Part shown: one piece after another, positions 22,511-34,721 of the stretch | Position numbering within the stretch: position 1 is the stretch's first letter | How the letters are laid out: every line of letters starts with the position of its first letter | Assembly (NCBI RefSeq): GCF_001194135.2 | Contig: NC_068984.1 | Location: 84,424,184 to 84,488,183 of the forward strand | Length of the DNA: 64,000 nt | Direction of reading: 5' to 3' | Origin: Octopus bimaculoides | Taxonomy: Eukaryota | The notes under the pieces: generated by a model | Databases searched by the model: none | What the model saw: only the letters and a program-made list of their open reading frames with translations | Told to the model about the DNA's origin: nothing | Made by a program: the position numbers and the translations under genes

Positions 22511-25184
22511 TCACCTCTTTTATATTTGAACTTGCTAGATCTGACATCTCACACATATCCTACAAAAAATAACCATTGAAATCTGAAAGCTATGAGATAA
22601 TGCATGATTAATTACAAAAGAATGTGAATAAATAAGCATTACATTTGACAAATTAATCTGAATGCTAAAAGGTTTAGTATGTAATTGTCCAGAAGTCTAT
22701 TATCTAGGAGCAGTTGTCCTAGATTGGTCACTTGGCACAGAAAAGCACAAACATGATGATGATGATAATAACTACTGAGCTGCACTCAAACTGAAGGTGA
22801 CTTCTCCTTTCTTCTTTCAGGTGCTTGATAAAATACAATACCAGATAAGTATTGATGTTCATTTAATCAACTATTCCCATCCCTCAAAATTTATGGCCTT
22901 ATGCTAATATTAGGGATCACTTTAATATAACAAGCTGGCAGAATCATTAGCACACCAGGCAAAATGCTTAGCAGCATTTCATCCATTTTTATGTTCTGAG
23001 TTCAAACTCTGTCAAGGTCGACTTTGCCTTTCTACCTTTTGGGGTCATTAAAATGAGAACCAGTTGAACACTGTTGTTGTTGTTGTTATGATGGTAATGT
23101 GGATAAGGATGATGATGTTCTTTATTCTTTTCTTTATTGACAGATCCAAAAAAAAAGATGAAAAAGACAAAAAACAAAGGCAAAGGAAATTTCCAGTTGA
23201 TACTAATTAAATAAACCAATAAACAGGATTAGAATAGAAGAATAGGAAACAGAAAAGAAACTGTTACTGATTATGATGATTGTTGTGATGGTGGGTAGTG
23301 GTACAGGCCAGTTCAGATCAAGCAGTTCATGTAGCCAAAGATACTCTATCCATAATCATTTCATCTTTAATTTCATACACAGTGTTACTTGTTTTTTTTT
23401 TTTTGAGATAGTATTTTGTAATATAAGGGAAAAGTTGCTGTTATTTCTAGTAGGTCTAGCAACCCTCTAGAGTCTTTCTCAACAGTTTTGTGGTCATGAT
23501 AGTGATGATGACGACGACAATGGTGATGGTGGTAGTGAGAAGTTGGAGGAGGATGGTGATGATTATGACAATGATTATGATGATGATGATGAGGAGGAAG
23601 AGGACGAGGAGGACGAAGACGATGATGACTTGTAAGACACCAAGCTGATTAACTCTTATTAGCAACATCAGCTGTACTTGGGCTCCTACTTATTCATTAC
23701 AATGTAGATATTCCCAGGCAATCTAGACCAACAGTTGTTGCAATGTATAGCTATACAAATTCCAGTCTATATAAACACCAGTTGCAATCAAGCTGGCTGT
23801 TCTCGTATCTCTGATCCACTTGTCTCCTCAGCTTTTGTTGCATCTAAACCCCTTGGCCCTGTACTACCCACTATTCTCAGTCCTTCTACCCACAAACATC
23901 TGGAATTTTCACCCTGCTCATGTTTTACTTGCAACAGTTTAAATCAATGACTCTCAACATGTACAGGGGTTCGTGTTAGGAAGGACATCCAGCTGTAGAA
24001 ACCATGTCAAATCAGACTGCAGTCTGATGCAACTCACCAGCCTGCCAGCTCTGGTCAAACTGTCTGACCCATGCCAGCATGGACAATGGACTTTGGGACA
24101 CAGAATTGTGAAAACCTTTTTTTCACAGCCAATATACTACACCTATTCTCAGCCTAGCCAAACCAATCCCTCCAGCCAAGCATACTGTGTGAAAACTGTT
24201 TGCTATAGTATATTGCTATTCTAATGCTCTAGTGTGGATGTTTTGTTAAGTAAAGGATATAATTATGAGATATTAAAAACAAAGTTTTTTCCAACCACTG
24301 TTGGGGCACACATTTTTCTAGGAAGTTATAGCAAGGCCTGGGGGAAAATAGGTTGGGAGATGCTGGTTTAAATGGAACCTTAAGAACAAGGTCACTGATC
24401 TTGAAGGGCCTACAAAGGTGATGAGCACTGCCTTGTCTAGACTCAATGAGAAAAGAGATATATCTATTGCTAAACCTACACACATGTTGCAATATACACC
24501 TTTACTCATTATAATCTAAACATACAGCCATTGCAATCTAGATCTACATAGAAGTAATCTAAATCTAAATATTGCAACCTAGACCCAGATATGCTGCAAT
24601 TTATACCTACACATTAAGCAGTAAGCTGGCAAAATCATTAGCATGTCAAGTAAAAGGCTCAGTGGTATTTCATCTGTCTTTATATTCAGAGTTCAAATTC
24701 TGTTGAGGTTAACTTTGCCTTTCATCATTTCAAGGTCAATAAAATTAATTACTAGCTGAGCACTGGGGTTGATGTAACCGACTATCCCCATTCCCCGAAT
24801 TTCAGGCCTTGTGCCAATAGCAGAAAGAAATTTATACTTACACATTAAAATCTAAACCCATACATACCATAATCAAGATCTATATCTATAGCATTCTTAG
24901 CCTATTCCTGTAAAATAAAACCATGTTTTCATGTTGCATTTAAAACACACATCTGTACCTAAAACTTTTGTAATCAAGATCAACATGTGTTGCAATCTCA
25001 ACATGACTTTCTGTAATCTAATCCTTCTACAGTATTCTGTTACTACTGGAGTTCAAACCCTGGTCCCCCACATTTACAGCTGAAGGTATTTCTGTAGATT
25101 ATTGAAGAGGATTTCCAAGTGTGACCAACTGAAACTGAATATTATCCAATCATCTTGTTCTTCATGAAATCGGTCCTGTCAAGA

Positions 25185-25510
25185 AAGCCTTTCCTGTGCA
25201 CTTTGTGTGTTAGTGGAACACCAGAGACAAGTGAAGTTTAAGTATCTTGAGGCTGTGTTCTTGAATGATGGGAAGTAGGAGGTTGAATTGGATGCTAGAG
25301 TAGCAGGTGCGGGCATAGAAATGCACCAGCTTCAGCATTCAGTCCTCAGAAGAGGAGAGATTGGCATAAAAGCCAAACTCACTATCTTCAATTTGGTTTT
25401 CATGCCTTTCCTCACCTATGGTCATGAATGTTAGGTAATGACAGAAAGAGTATGATTGTGAAGAAGAGTGGCTGAAATAGGGTTCCTCCAAAGGGTCTCT
25501 ATTCAACAGG
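25185..25510 (+). mobile_element. RTE-clade LINE reverse-transcriptase C-terminal relic
   Basis: KFKYLEAVFLNDGK*EVELDARVAG...KAKLTIFNLVFMPFLTYGHEC*VMTER..AEIGFLQRVS is the typical RTE post-RT pattern FKYLG...PTLTYGHELW...AEMGFLRRV. Confidence 0.75.
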
Positions 25511-26088
25511 GTGCAGAACTCTCAGTCTCTCTACATTGTGCTACTTACCTACTTTTTAATTGCAATTGATAAAAACAAAAATTTGAAGTCCATATTCCAG
25601 AAATGGAAGATGTAGAAAGAGAAAACACTTTCAACCCTTTAGCACTTAAACCTGCCATATCCAGCTCAAATATGCTACCTGTTTTATTTTCAAACCAGCC
25701 TATCACACCTACCCTTCATTGTTATTCTAAGAAAAAAGTAACCACATCACTGAAATCTTAAAGCTACGAGATAATGCATGATTAATTTAAAATACTGAGA
25801 ATAAATAAGCATTACACTTAACAGTAATCTGAATGCTAAAGGATTAAGAGTGTCAAAGATTTTCCTCTGGAGCTTGTATTTTCTTTATAGGAATAAAACA
25901 AGGATGTTGTGTACTTAAAGCGTAAAGAGATAGTGTGGTCATAGAAACCACAGCAATACAGTATTCTTTAGATATAGTGCCATAATGTATCAAGGACTGC
26001 ATTATCCAATGTATTATTGTTTTTTTTAAAGCAAATGAAATTTTTTAATTTGACTGAGGTTTGTGGCAAATTAAGCAACTATTTTTTT

Positions 26089-26402
26089 GTTTCAGTCATT
26101 AGACTGCAACCATGCTGGGACACTACCTCCAAAGGTTTAGCCAGTATTTAATTTACATTTGGTACTTATTCTATCTGAACTGCTAAGTTAGGGGATATAA
26201 ACAAACCAACACTGGTTGACAAATGCAAACATAAAAGCCATACACAGAGTTTCTTTCAATTTCTGCCTATCTAATTCACTCACAAGAGTTTGGTTAGCCT
26301 GGAGCTATACAGTAAGAGACAATAGTGTAAGGTACCATGCAGTGGGATTGAACCCACATCCACATTGTAGGGAAACAAACTTCTTAATACACAGCCACAC
26401 CT
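26089..26402 (-). mobile_element. tRNA-headed SINE, degenerate
   Basis: tttcagtcatt..ctgc.gccatgctgg and ggtaccatgcagtgggattgaaccc match the same family. Confidence 0.65.
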
Positions 26403-29400
26403 GTTGAGTCTTCTTTATTTCCATCTCTTTATCAGTCTTGATTCAGATGGTCTTCTGGTCACCTTTAAATCATGCAATCAAGCCAACAGTGGAGCCTCTA
26501 AATGGTCATTCAACCTGCTAAAAATAACAAAGTTTCCTCAAATCACTCCACTTGGAAGAAGGTATGTTGAATAATATGAACCTGCACAAAGAAAAAAATA
26601 TAGGACAGTCACAGCTGGAATGCCTTTCATCCTCAGTCTACTCAATCAAGGTTTACCTGGGATTAGACAGTTCCATAAGCCTCTAAATGGTTGCTTGCCA
26701 AAACAGGGTCAGCAAACTGTCATGTTTTATGGTCAAGCCTGTGTAGTGGAGACATCTGGTATTCTTGACCCCAGACAATATCCCTGCTTACTGCTATCAG
26801 GGCAGAGATTACTGTCTGCAAGTGTGAGTCTGAGTGCTGTTATAGCACATCTCTCATCATCCTCTGGGGGAACACCTTTTCCATTTTGTCTGCTGGACCC
26901 ATGAGAAATATTTCTACATTATAAGAGGCAAGATTTTTCAAAATTAATTCAAATAAAGGCAGTGTCTTTCATTTATACAAAGAGGCAAGATTTTTTTTTT
27001 TTTAACTGGCTGGTAGTAGTAGTAGTCAGTCTTGGTAGTTTCAGTATCTGCTTCTTTCTATTTCTGCCTCCTCCCTCTACCACTGCATGCAAAATCCAAT
27101 TTGTCAGTACTTAGGTAAGGTAGAAACAACATCTCCATTCCCTCATCCATGAAATAAACAAGGAAAGCTAAGCCATTGATTCTGTTTTTGATTTTGTGGT
27201 GCTAGAGATCAAATAGAACAATGGTGCACTTCACACTGGAAGCTTCAAAGTAGCATTAACACCTTGGTCAATAAATGCTTAACCATATTTCTGAACAAAT
27301 TTTAAGTGCTTGAATAATATTTTCTAAAATAAAATTCAGATCACCAAGGGCCAATGGGTTTAAACTACTGACCCTATTTTATGTCTGATATCTATCAATT
27401 TGGTACCTTAACTGAAATCCTGTTAGACTTGGATTAGATTCTCAGCCAACTCACTGCATATGTTGAAGCTGAGCCATATCAATATCACAAGTCTGAGAGA
27501 ACTTCAAAAATCATGGGCAGACATGCCTCTCCTTATAAAACAAAAAAAAATTGCATTTATCTATTTATTCCTATACATTTTACATGAAATAATTCAGTCC
27601 TTACACTGTAAACCAACAAACTGTTTTTATATATCTAGTGACATGCAAGATAAACCCAATGCCCTGCACAGAAGGATCAAACTCACAATTTTTCAGCCAC
27701 TATATTGGTACAATTTTTTTCAAGTATGATAAATAGTAAGATATTGTTGCTGGAATTCACTGGCAGAAGAATGGAAAAGAACAAGAGCAAAATTTAAAAA
27801 AACACAACTAAGTCTGTGAAACATTTCCAAAGAGTTTATTATTCACATGAAAAGATAGTTCCACGAGAGCTGTCCCAACCCATACCTATATCGTACCTTT
27901 GATGTCCATCCTTTCTACCTACCAATCTTCCAAATTCCCTCCTGACTATAAGCTAGAAAATAAGGCAAAGAGTATGGTTGTATTTGAGGAAAAACACTCA
28001 CACACAAAGTCATTCAATCCATCTCAACAGACGAAAGAGAACATGTAAAAGTCACATACACACAGTAAACTCTAAACAACAAATCTGTGATTACAATTTA
28101 ATCTGGCAAGAAGCCTTTCCTTGCAAGCATAAGTTGAGTATTTTGCTCCAAGGAGACAATACATTGATAGTGAATTCTGGACTGGTGACATGAGCATGGT
28201 TTCTGAAATTGTCTAAGTATTTCTCATATAGGCAAAAAGCCTTACATCTATGGAGTTAAGGTAATTGAAAATATATGACGTTCATGCTTATCCCAACGTT
28301 AGTGCTATATGGGATACTAAATCAGGTTGAAGACAATAGGTTTACCAATAACTTACCTCTCCCAGAGTGGTCATCACCACAGTACAAGGAAATAGGGATG
28401 AGAAGTAGTAACATTCATGCATTGAGGAATTACTCTCAGATGTTACTAATTATAGTTCAGTAAAAGGTCAATTAAATGACGGTTGTAAAACTGACTTTAA
28501 TCTATAATTTTACTGATATATAGATATTTTTCTTTCCATCAACATCAGAAAGTGCTATACACATTAACAGGCATTTTGTACATAGGCACAAGGCCAGGTG
28601 AATGGTAAACTGTGATGTTCACATATCTCGAGTGAAGTGAAATGGCAACCATGTTGTATTAAAACAATTGCAAACTTGCTTAAGAGTAGTTCACACTGAT
28701 ATTCAAGTCAAAGTGCCACAATTGGAAGGGTGGCAAAAGTCAATAAGATCAACCCTGGAAGGATGAAAGGCAAAGCTGAAACAGCAAGATAATCAACTAA
28801 GAAAACAGCAATGCAACTTAATACCACAATGGTCTGATGCTCAACCAATTCTGCTAATCCACTGCCATAAATAATGATAATGAACTCTAATGTAAGCACA
28901 AGGTCACTAATTTGAGGGAAGGAATAATAGCTGATTAAATTGACTCCAGAAGGATAAAAGTTAAAGCTGAGTCAGCAGAACATAAGAGGGACATAACTAA
29001 ATACTGCAAAGCACACTGCCTGTCACCCTACGGATTCTTCCAATCCACTGCCCTATAAACAATAAGAGATCTATAAGAGATTATGTGACAATTCAGAGGC
29101 AAGCAATATTTCTTCCTTACCTAGTTACAAATTTAAATTCTATGACTGAACAAACATGCACCAGTAAATATGAAACTGGATAAGTGTCTTTTGTAACAAG
29201 TATGCACTTTGAATGCAGACATGCATGTGCATCAAATGCAGAGTTGTGCCATTATTATGCAGTGTTGTGAAAGTACAAATTCAATACATATATATATATG
29301 GCTAAAATGTCCAGATTTCCAGAAACAGCCAACCTCATGGACAACATATAGTAAAGGAAGCTTTTGTGTGTGTGTGTGTATGTATATATATCTTACCCAA

Positions 29401-32400
29401 GATATGCTGCATGGCTGCAGCACCCCAACAGCCCCTAAGGAGTTAAGGGACTTAACACACATATATATATATATATATTTAATCCTTTATATTGAACACT
29501 CAATATTTCATCTATTCAATACTTTATTTCATTGTACCATCTATTTTTATTTTATATTATATATTGTATATTCCATATTCTATACCCCACATTGGTTTTG
29601 CAGGAATATAAATAAAACATAAAAAACAGACAGTGTTGGAACTCTTTTAAACAAAATAATATATATATACATATACATACACACACACGGAAAAAAAAAT
29701 CAAAATGAGGGATGGAAATTCTTTTATCAGCCATAGAGACCAGGCTACAGCATTGTTTCAACACGATTGCACCAAAACTGCATTTATCTGCTTCCCATAC
29801 CTGATATGTGTATTTCTATGTATATTTATCCTCTTCTGTTGTTTTGAAGTTTTGATTTTTCTCTAATGTTCGTGTTGCACACAGCCTCAACATTTTTTCA
29901 TGTGTATGCACACATGAGCAGTGGCATTAATCATCAGCTTTGAATAAATAAATTCTTCTACATATATTGAGGAAATTTTCTCTGTATATATTTGAATCCA
30001 TCATTACACTGAGTTTTCTATTGTTATTACGTTCTTTAGACTGTAAAGAATATCAAAACAACTGGAAACTTCAGTGATGAACTGGAATCATAATTTTCAG
30101 TACTCTTGTTTCCAATCATTTGTACACACACACACATACATATAATGTGCATGTATGTTTATGTTCTTATAAAAGGTATACATTGTTTCCAGTGAAAGCA
30201 TGAAGGGATAGTTAATATTCATTGACTGATGCTCAATGAAGCTCATAGTTACGTTTTTACAAAACAAGTTGTATGGCTAACACTTTTGAAGCCTCTATTC
30301 ACCTCTGCCCAGTTCACCCAATAAGTTTAAACAAGATTCTGAAATTGAAATTGTCTTGCTACTACCTATGCTTGTCTTTTTCTTACAAGAGATCTTGTAC
30401 TGAACAATATAAAGATTCCACATTATTCTGGAGTTCCTATATAAGCCTACCATGCATATATAACATTATCTACACATCCTTTATATACACCCATATACTG
30501 ACCTCATCTGCTTTACAATGAGAAATAAACATATTTCTTTTAAAGCTGTGAAAATCTACATTTGTTAACTTTACATAACTGAGGACTTCTTTAAAAATGT
30601 AATTGTCTTTGTTTTTAATATTTATATGTGACTGCGCATTTAGGTTTGTTTTTCCATGCTAGCATAGGTTGGATAAGGATGTATTTGAGGTAGGATTTTA
30701 TAGCTGAATACTTTTTACCTGTTTTGCAAGTAAGGAATTATTTTCTTTTTATCCCACAGGCTTTAGAAAGTGCAGAGAAACTGGTTATGTCAAAGGATTG
30801 TAAATATTATTCACTGTTTTACACAAATAAAGTCATGGGATGGCTATGTTCTAGCATATTCACACATACACACACACACACACACAATGGACTTCAGTTT
30901 CCATCCACCAAAATTAACTTAAAATGCATTGGTCAGCCCTAGGATATAGTAGAAGACACTAGCCTAAGATACCGCACATTGAGGCTGAACTCAAAACAAT
31001 ATGGTTGCAAAGCAAACTTCTTAACCACACAGCCAAGCCTGTGCCTATATATATAACATATATATCAGCAGTTATTAACTACATCACATGAAGCAATGAA
31101 ACATGAAATGGATACAAAGGTGAGAGAAGAGAGAATGAGTTGTCGTTCTTTTTCTTTCTTGTTTCACCAAACACCGGTTGTTTGTATCAATAAAGGAAGC
31201 AGTGTTACCAAAGAATGGACACAGGAGAAAAAAATATGAGTGAGAAGTGGATATAATGTCATCATTTAGATGATGTAACTAAATAATATAAATGTAGAGT
31301 TTAGTAGATGAAATTCAAACTAAGGTTCATGTAACATTAGAACTACACATTACCAGCAGCATTATTGAACACACACAAACACAACAGGTATATTTGTTGG
31401 AGGACTGATAATCACATAATGATGAGATCATGTACATATATCCCAACACACAAACATACACACACCACTTTTTGATCAATTATGGGCATAGTTTTGAACC
31501 AGCCTACACACTGACTGCATCTCCAGTCTCACAGCAGGATAACATCAATCGGTCAACTTGATGCCATGATATTGGCCAACTTGGTTAATAAGACCAGCTA
31601 TGTCTGGTGCACAATGTGACTATATATTCTGGGGATAAGCAATATGACCGAAAGTGTACTGTAACAGACAGGAGGAGGGTATTAACTATTTCATGTCTGA
31701 TTGTTTTTTAAGACAAATAGCACAGCAAGAGAGGAAGAGGTATTAAAATTATCACCATCATTATTACACCAGACTCATCAAAGTAGGAGTATTTCTGTAA
31801 AGAGGATATGTGATGTTACTTTACTAAAAAGCTTGAGAAATGAAAGAAAGTCATAATTAATTAGCATGTTGTTACTTCCACTAATTGAAAGATTACAGAA
31901 GTAACATATACAGTCAAAGGTGTGTATGAATGTATTTATGTGTGTATATGTATGTATGAGTGTGAGTGCATATATATATGTATGTATAATGAAGAGAGAG
32001 TGAAGAAGAGAAAGAGAAACAAAACTAAAAGGAGGGACACTAGCAATTTTTTAAATAGACAAATGGTGGCTGGAAAGGAATCAATGTTTGGAATAAAAAG
32101 TGAAAAAAAGGGGAGTATCGGGGAGAGAGAGAGAGAGAGTGTGTGTATGTGTGTGTGTGTGCGTGCGTGCATGCGTGTGTATTCTGTCTCTAACTGTTGG
32201 TGTAAGTGGAAGAATGGACAGCTTCTCTGGGTACTGTATATTGACGGCAATTCAGTATCAGCTCCTGAAATGACAACAAGGAAGTGAAATCTTCATGAAT
32301 AGATGAGCAATCTTCAATTTGGCAACAGACTTTTATAAAATACAATTTCCACATTTGTTCTACATCCAAAAGTCCTCTACACTTGGTTAACCTAATAGAT

Positions 32401-33230
32401 CTACAAATATTGATCAGATTCAATTCTTTCTATCATTAATTTCAATCAAGGGTTTACACACATTTGTTAATACAAATCAAGATCATTAGCTGAAGCAATA
32501 CAAAGACTCAGGCTTGAAAGCTGTTCAAGTCAAAGAAATTTTGCATAATAGACCACAAGTGTGTTGCCAAGTTTTAAACATTTTGGAAACAGATATGGGA
32601 GATTTCTACCTTGCTTTTAAGGCAGGTAAAAGTAGAACAGTAAAGTAGAATAATCAAAAATCAATACTACTTTATCTAAAACACAAACAAGTATTTATAG
32701 TTATGTACAGAATCCTTTACTGTTCAATCCATATATTATTATTTTTTTTAAAATTTAATTTTATACTGATGCAATTTTATCTATTTGCTTGTATTCTTAT
32801 AGACATATACAATTTTTAAGGAATAAAAAGTTGGAAGTTTCTCAGACTAAATCTTCAACTGAGGAATTTATTCGGGGTTAAAATTTGAAGGAATTAAATC
32901 ACATGTCTTAAAATGGTGATATCTTTTGATTAACCTGAAACAATTTTGACATAGTGTTCAAAACATGATTATATTAATCTCAAAAACATTTTAGAGGGTG
33001 ACAAATTTGAACTTGGTATATTATTGCTATCTATCTGGTTAACCCCTGTGAGACTCAGGACAATGAGATACCAAGCTAATTAGAATACAACATTCAAATC
33101 AATGTTCTACAGATTCGGTTATCCCGATTACCCTGAAAATTCTTGAACATTGTATTAGAGTGAACAATAAAAGAGGCCATCATCAAATAGCATCAATGTT
33201 TTTAGAAGTCAACAGGGAACAGTCATTGTA

Positions 33231-33903
33231 ACTTCACATTTTCTAGTTCCTTTGACTTTTAAGTCATTCTGGAGCTTTGCAAAACACATTTTACAGGTTA
33301 ATTATGGTCTAACCAAATGTAGTATTAGCTTTTATGAACCTGCTGACTTTACAATGGATCCAGATAAACAGTGATAACAGACTGGTTAGTGGTGAGTGCA
33401 CAATATCTCTTAAAGAACTGCAGTATTGTTTTAATAAAGTAAAATTGGTGTGTAGCATCTATTCATAGCTTTTAACTTAGTGCTACCAGATGTACATTTA
33501 AATGCAACACAATCTTTAAGCCTTTACATGGTATTATTATGGACACAACTTGTGACAGGTGGTGTAGAGTAGCAATAATTTACTCAGAATTATTTCACTG
33601 ACTTTGCTGACATGAGACAGGAATGTCATAAACATCAGAACTACTCATTTTCAATCCTTTATAACATGTGACTTTTTTTTTAATCCTGAAGTTGGTTCAG
33701 TGGTTTTTGGAAAATGCTGAACATCACGACTTCACATTTCCTAGTCCCTTTGTCCTTTAAGTCATTCTGGAGCTTTGCAAAACACATTTCACAGGTTAAT
33801 TATGATCTAACCAAATGCAGTATTAGCTTTTATGAACCTGCTGACTTTACAATGGATCCAGATAGACAGTGATAACAGTGGTAAGTGCACAATATCTCTT
33901 AAA
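33231..33903. repeat. Direct duplication of about 180 bp (33231-33414 and 33729-33903)
   Basis: Both copies run acttcacatt...aagtcattctggagctttgcaaaacacatt...gtgcacaatatctcttaaa, with scattered substitutions and one 9-nt indel. Confidence 0.9.
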
Positions 33904-34579
33904 TTGAGTACACAGGGGATATCAAATAGACCTATGCAAGGAATATAACTAATACACATATAGATAAAACTAAGAACTTTCATAGTTGCAATGAAGCAAC
34001 TGGGTAAAAGCCATCCAAACAAATGAGATTTAGACTGAAACAGCCCATGGGACTATGTATAAAATGTTATCTTGTACATCTTTCTAACTGATTGACATTC
34101 AAACAGCTCAAACTTCTATTTGAATGCACTAATTGCAATAAATAAATAAATAAAAATTAAAATAGATAAAACAAAATACATGGATCAGAATTTCCAACAG
34201 CAAAGCAGCATATAGTATGTATGCAGAAATATGTGTGCATGTATGCATATATATACATATATAAATATATACATACACACACATATACATACAGCTAAAG
34301 TGCAGATTAAAAACTGGTGGGCAGGTGTCTATTATTTTTAATATTTGGCTTAGAAGTTCCATGTTAAAAGTTTTTGTGGCTTGTGATTTACTTAAAGGAA
34401 TTTCATATTACAAATATTTGATGGGCAGGTAGGGTTTGGACAGTCAAACATTTAAAGGGTATTTTTCAAGCTATACAAAAGGATCTAAAATTAAATTTAA
34501 AAAAAAAAACAACTAATATACAGAAATCTGATCCATGCATTTATTAGTTAAAAATTTTTTTTTCTTTTTTTCTTTCTTT

Positions 34580-34721
34580 TTAGTCAATCCACAAATCAAA
34601 CCTCGACCGATTGGATCCAGATTTTCTGCTTTTGGATCTTGAGCCTGATCTGGAACGTGAAGACGACCTAGAGCGGGAACGCCGTCTTTTTCTAGAGTGC
34701 TGCCTCTCAGTTGAGCGGGAC
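34580..34721 (-). CDS. ZRANB2: ZRANB2 terminal coding exon (end of RS domain)
   Basis: ataacAG acceptor in phase 2, compatible with the 42209 donor. Reads RSRSTERQHSRKRRRSRSRSSSRSRSGSRSKSRKSGSNRSRFDLWID*, with TAA at 34582-34580. Confidence 0.88.

Noticed and set aside
23486-23635. Acidic open frame FCGHDSDDDD...EEEEDEEDEDDDDL* after an AG, as a possible LRRC42 last exon
   Set aside because: It needs phase 0 whereas exon 4 ends in phase 1, and it lies in a zone of decayed GAT/GGT trinucleotide repeats typical of this genome.
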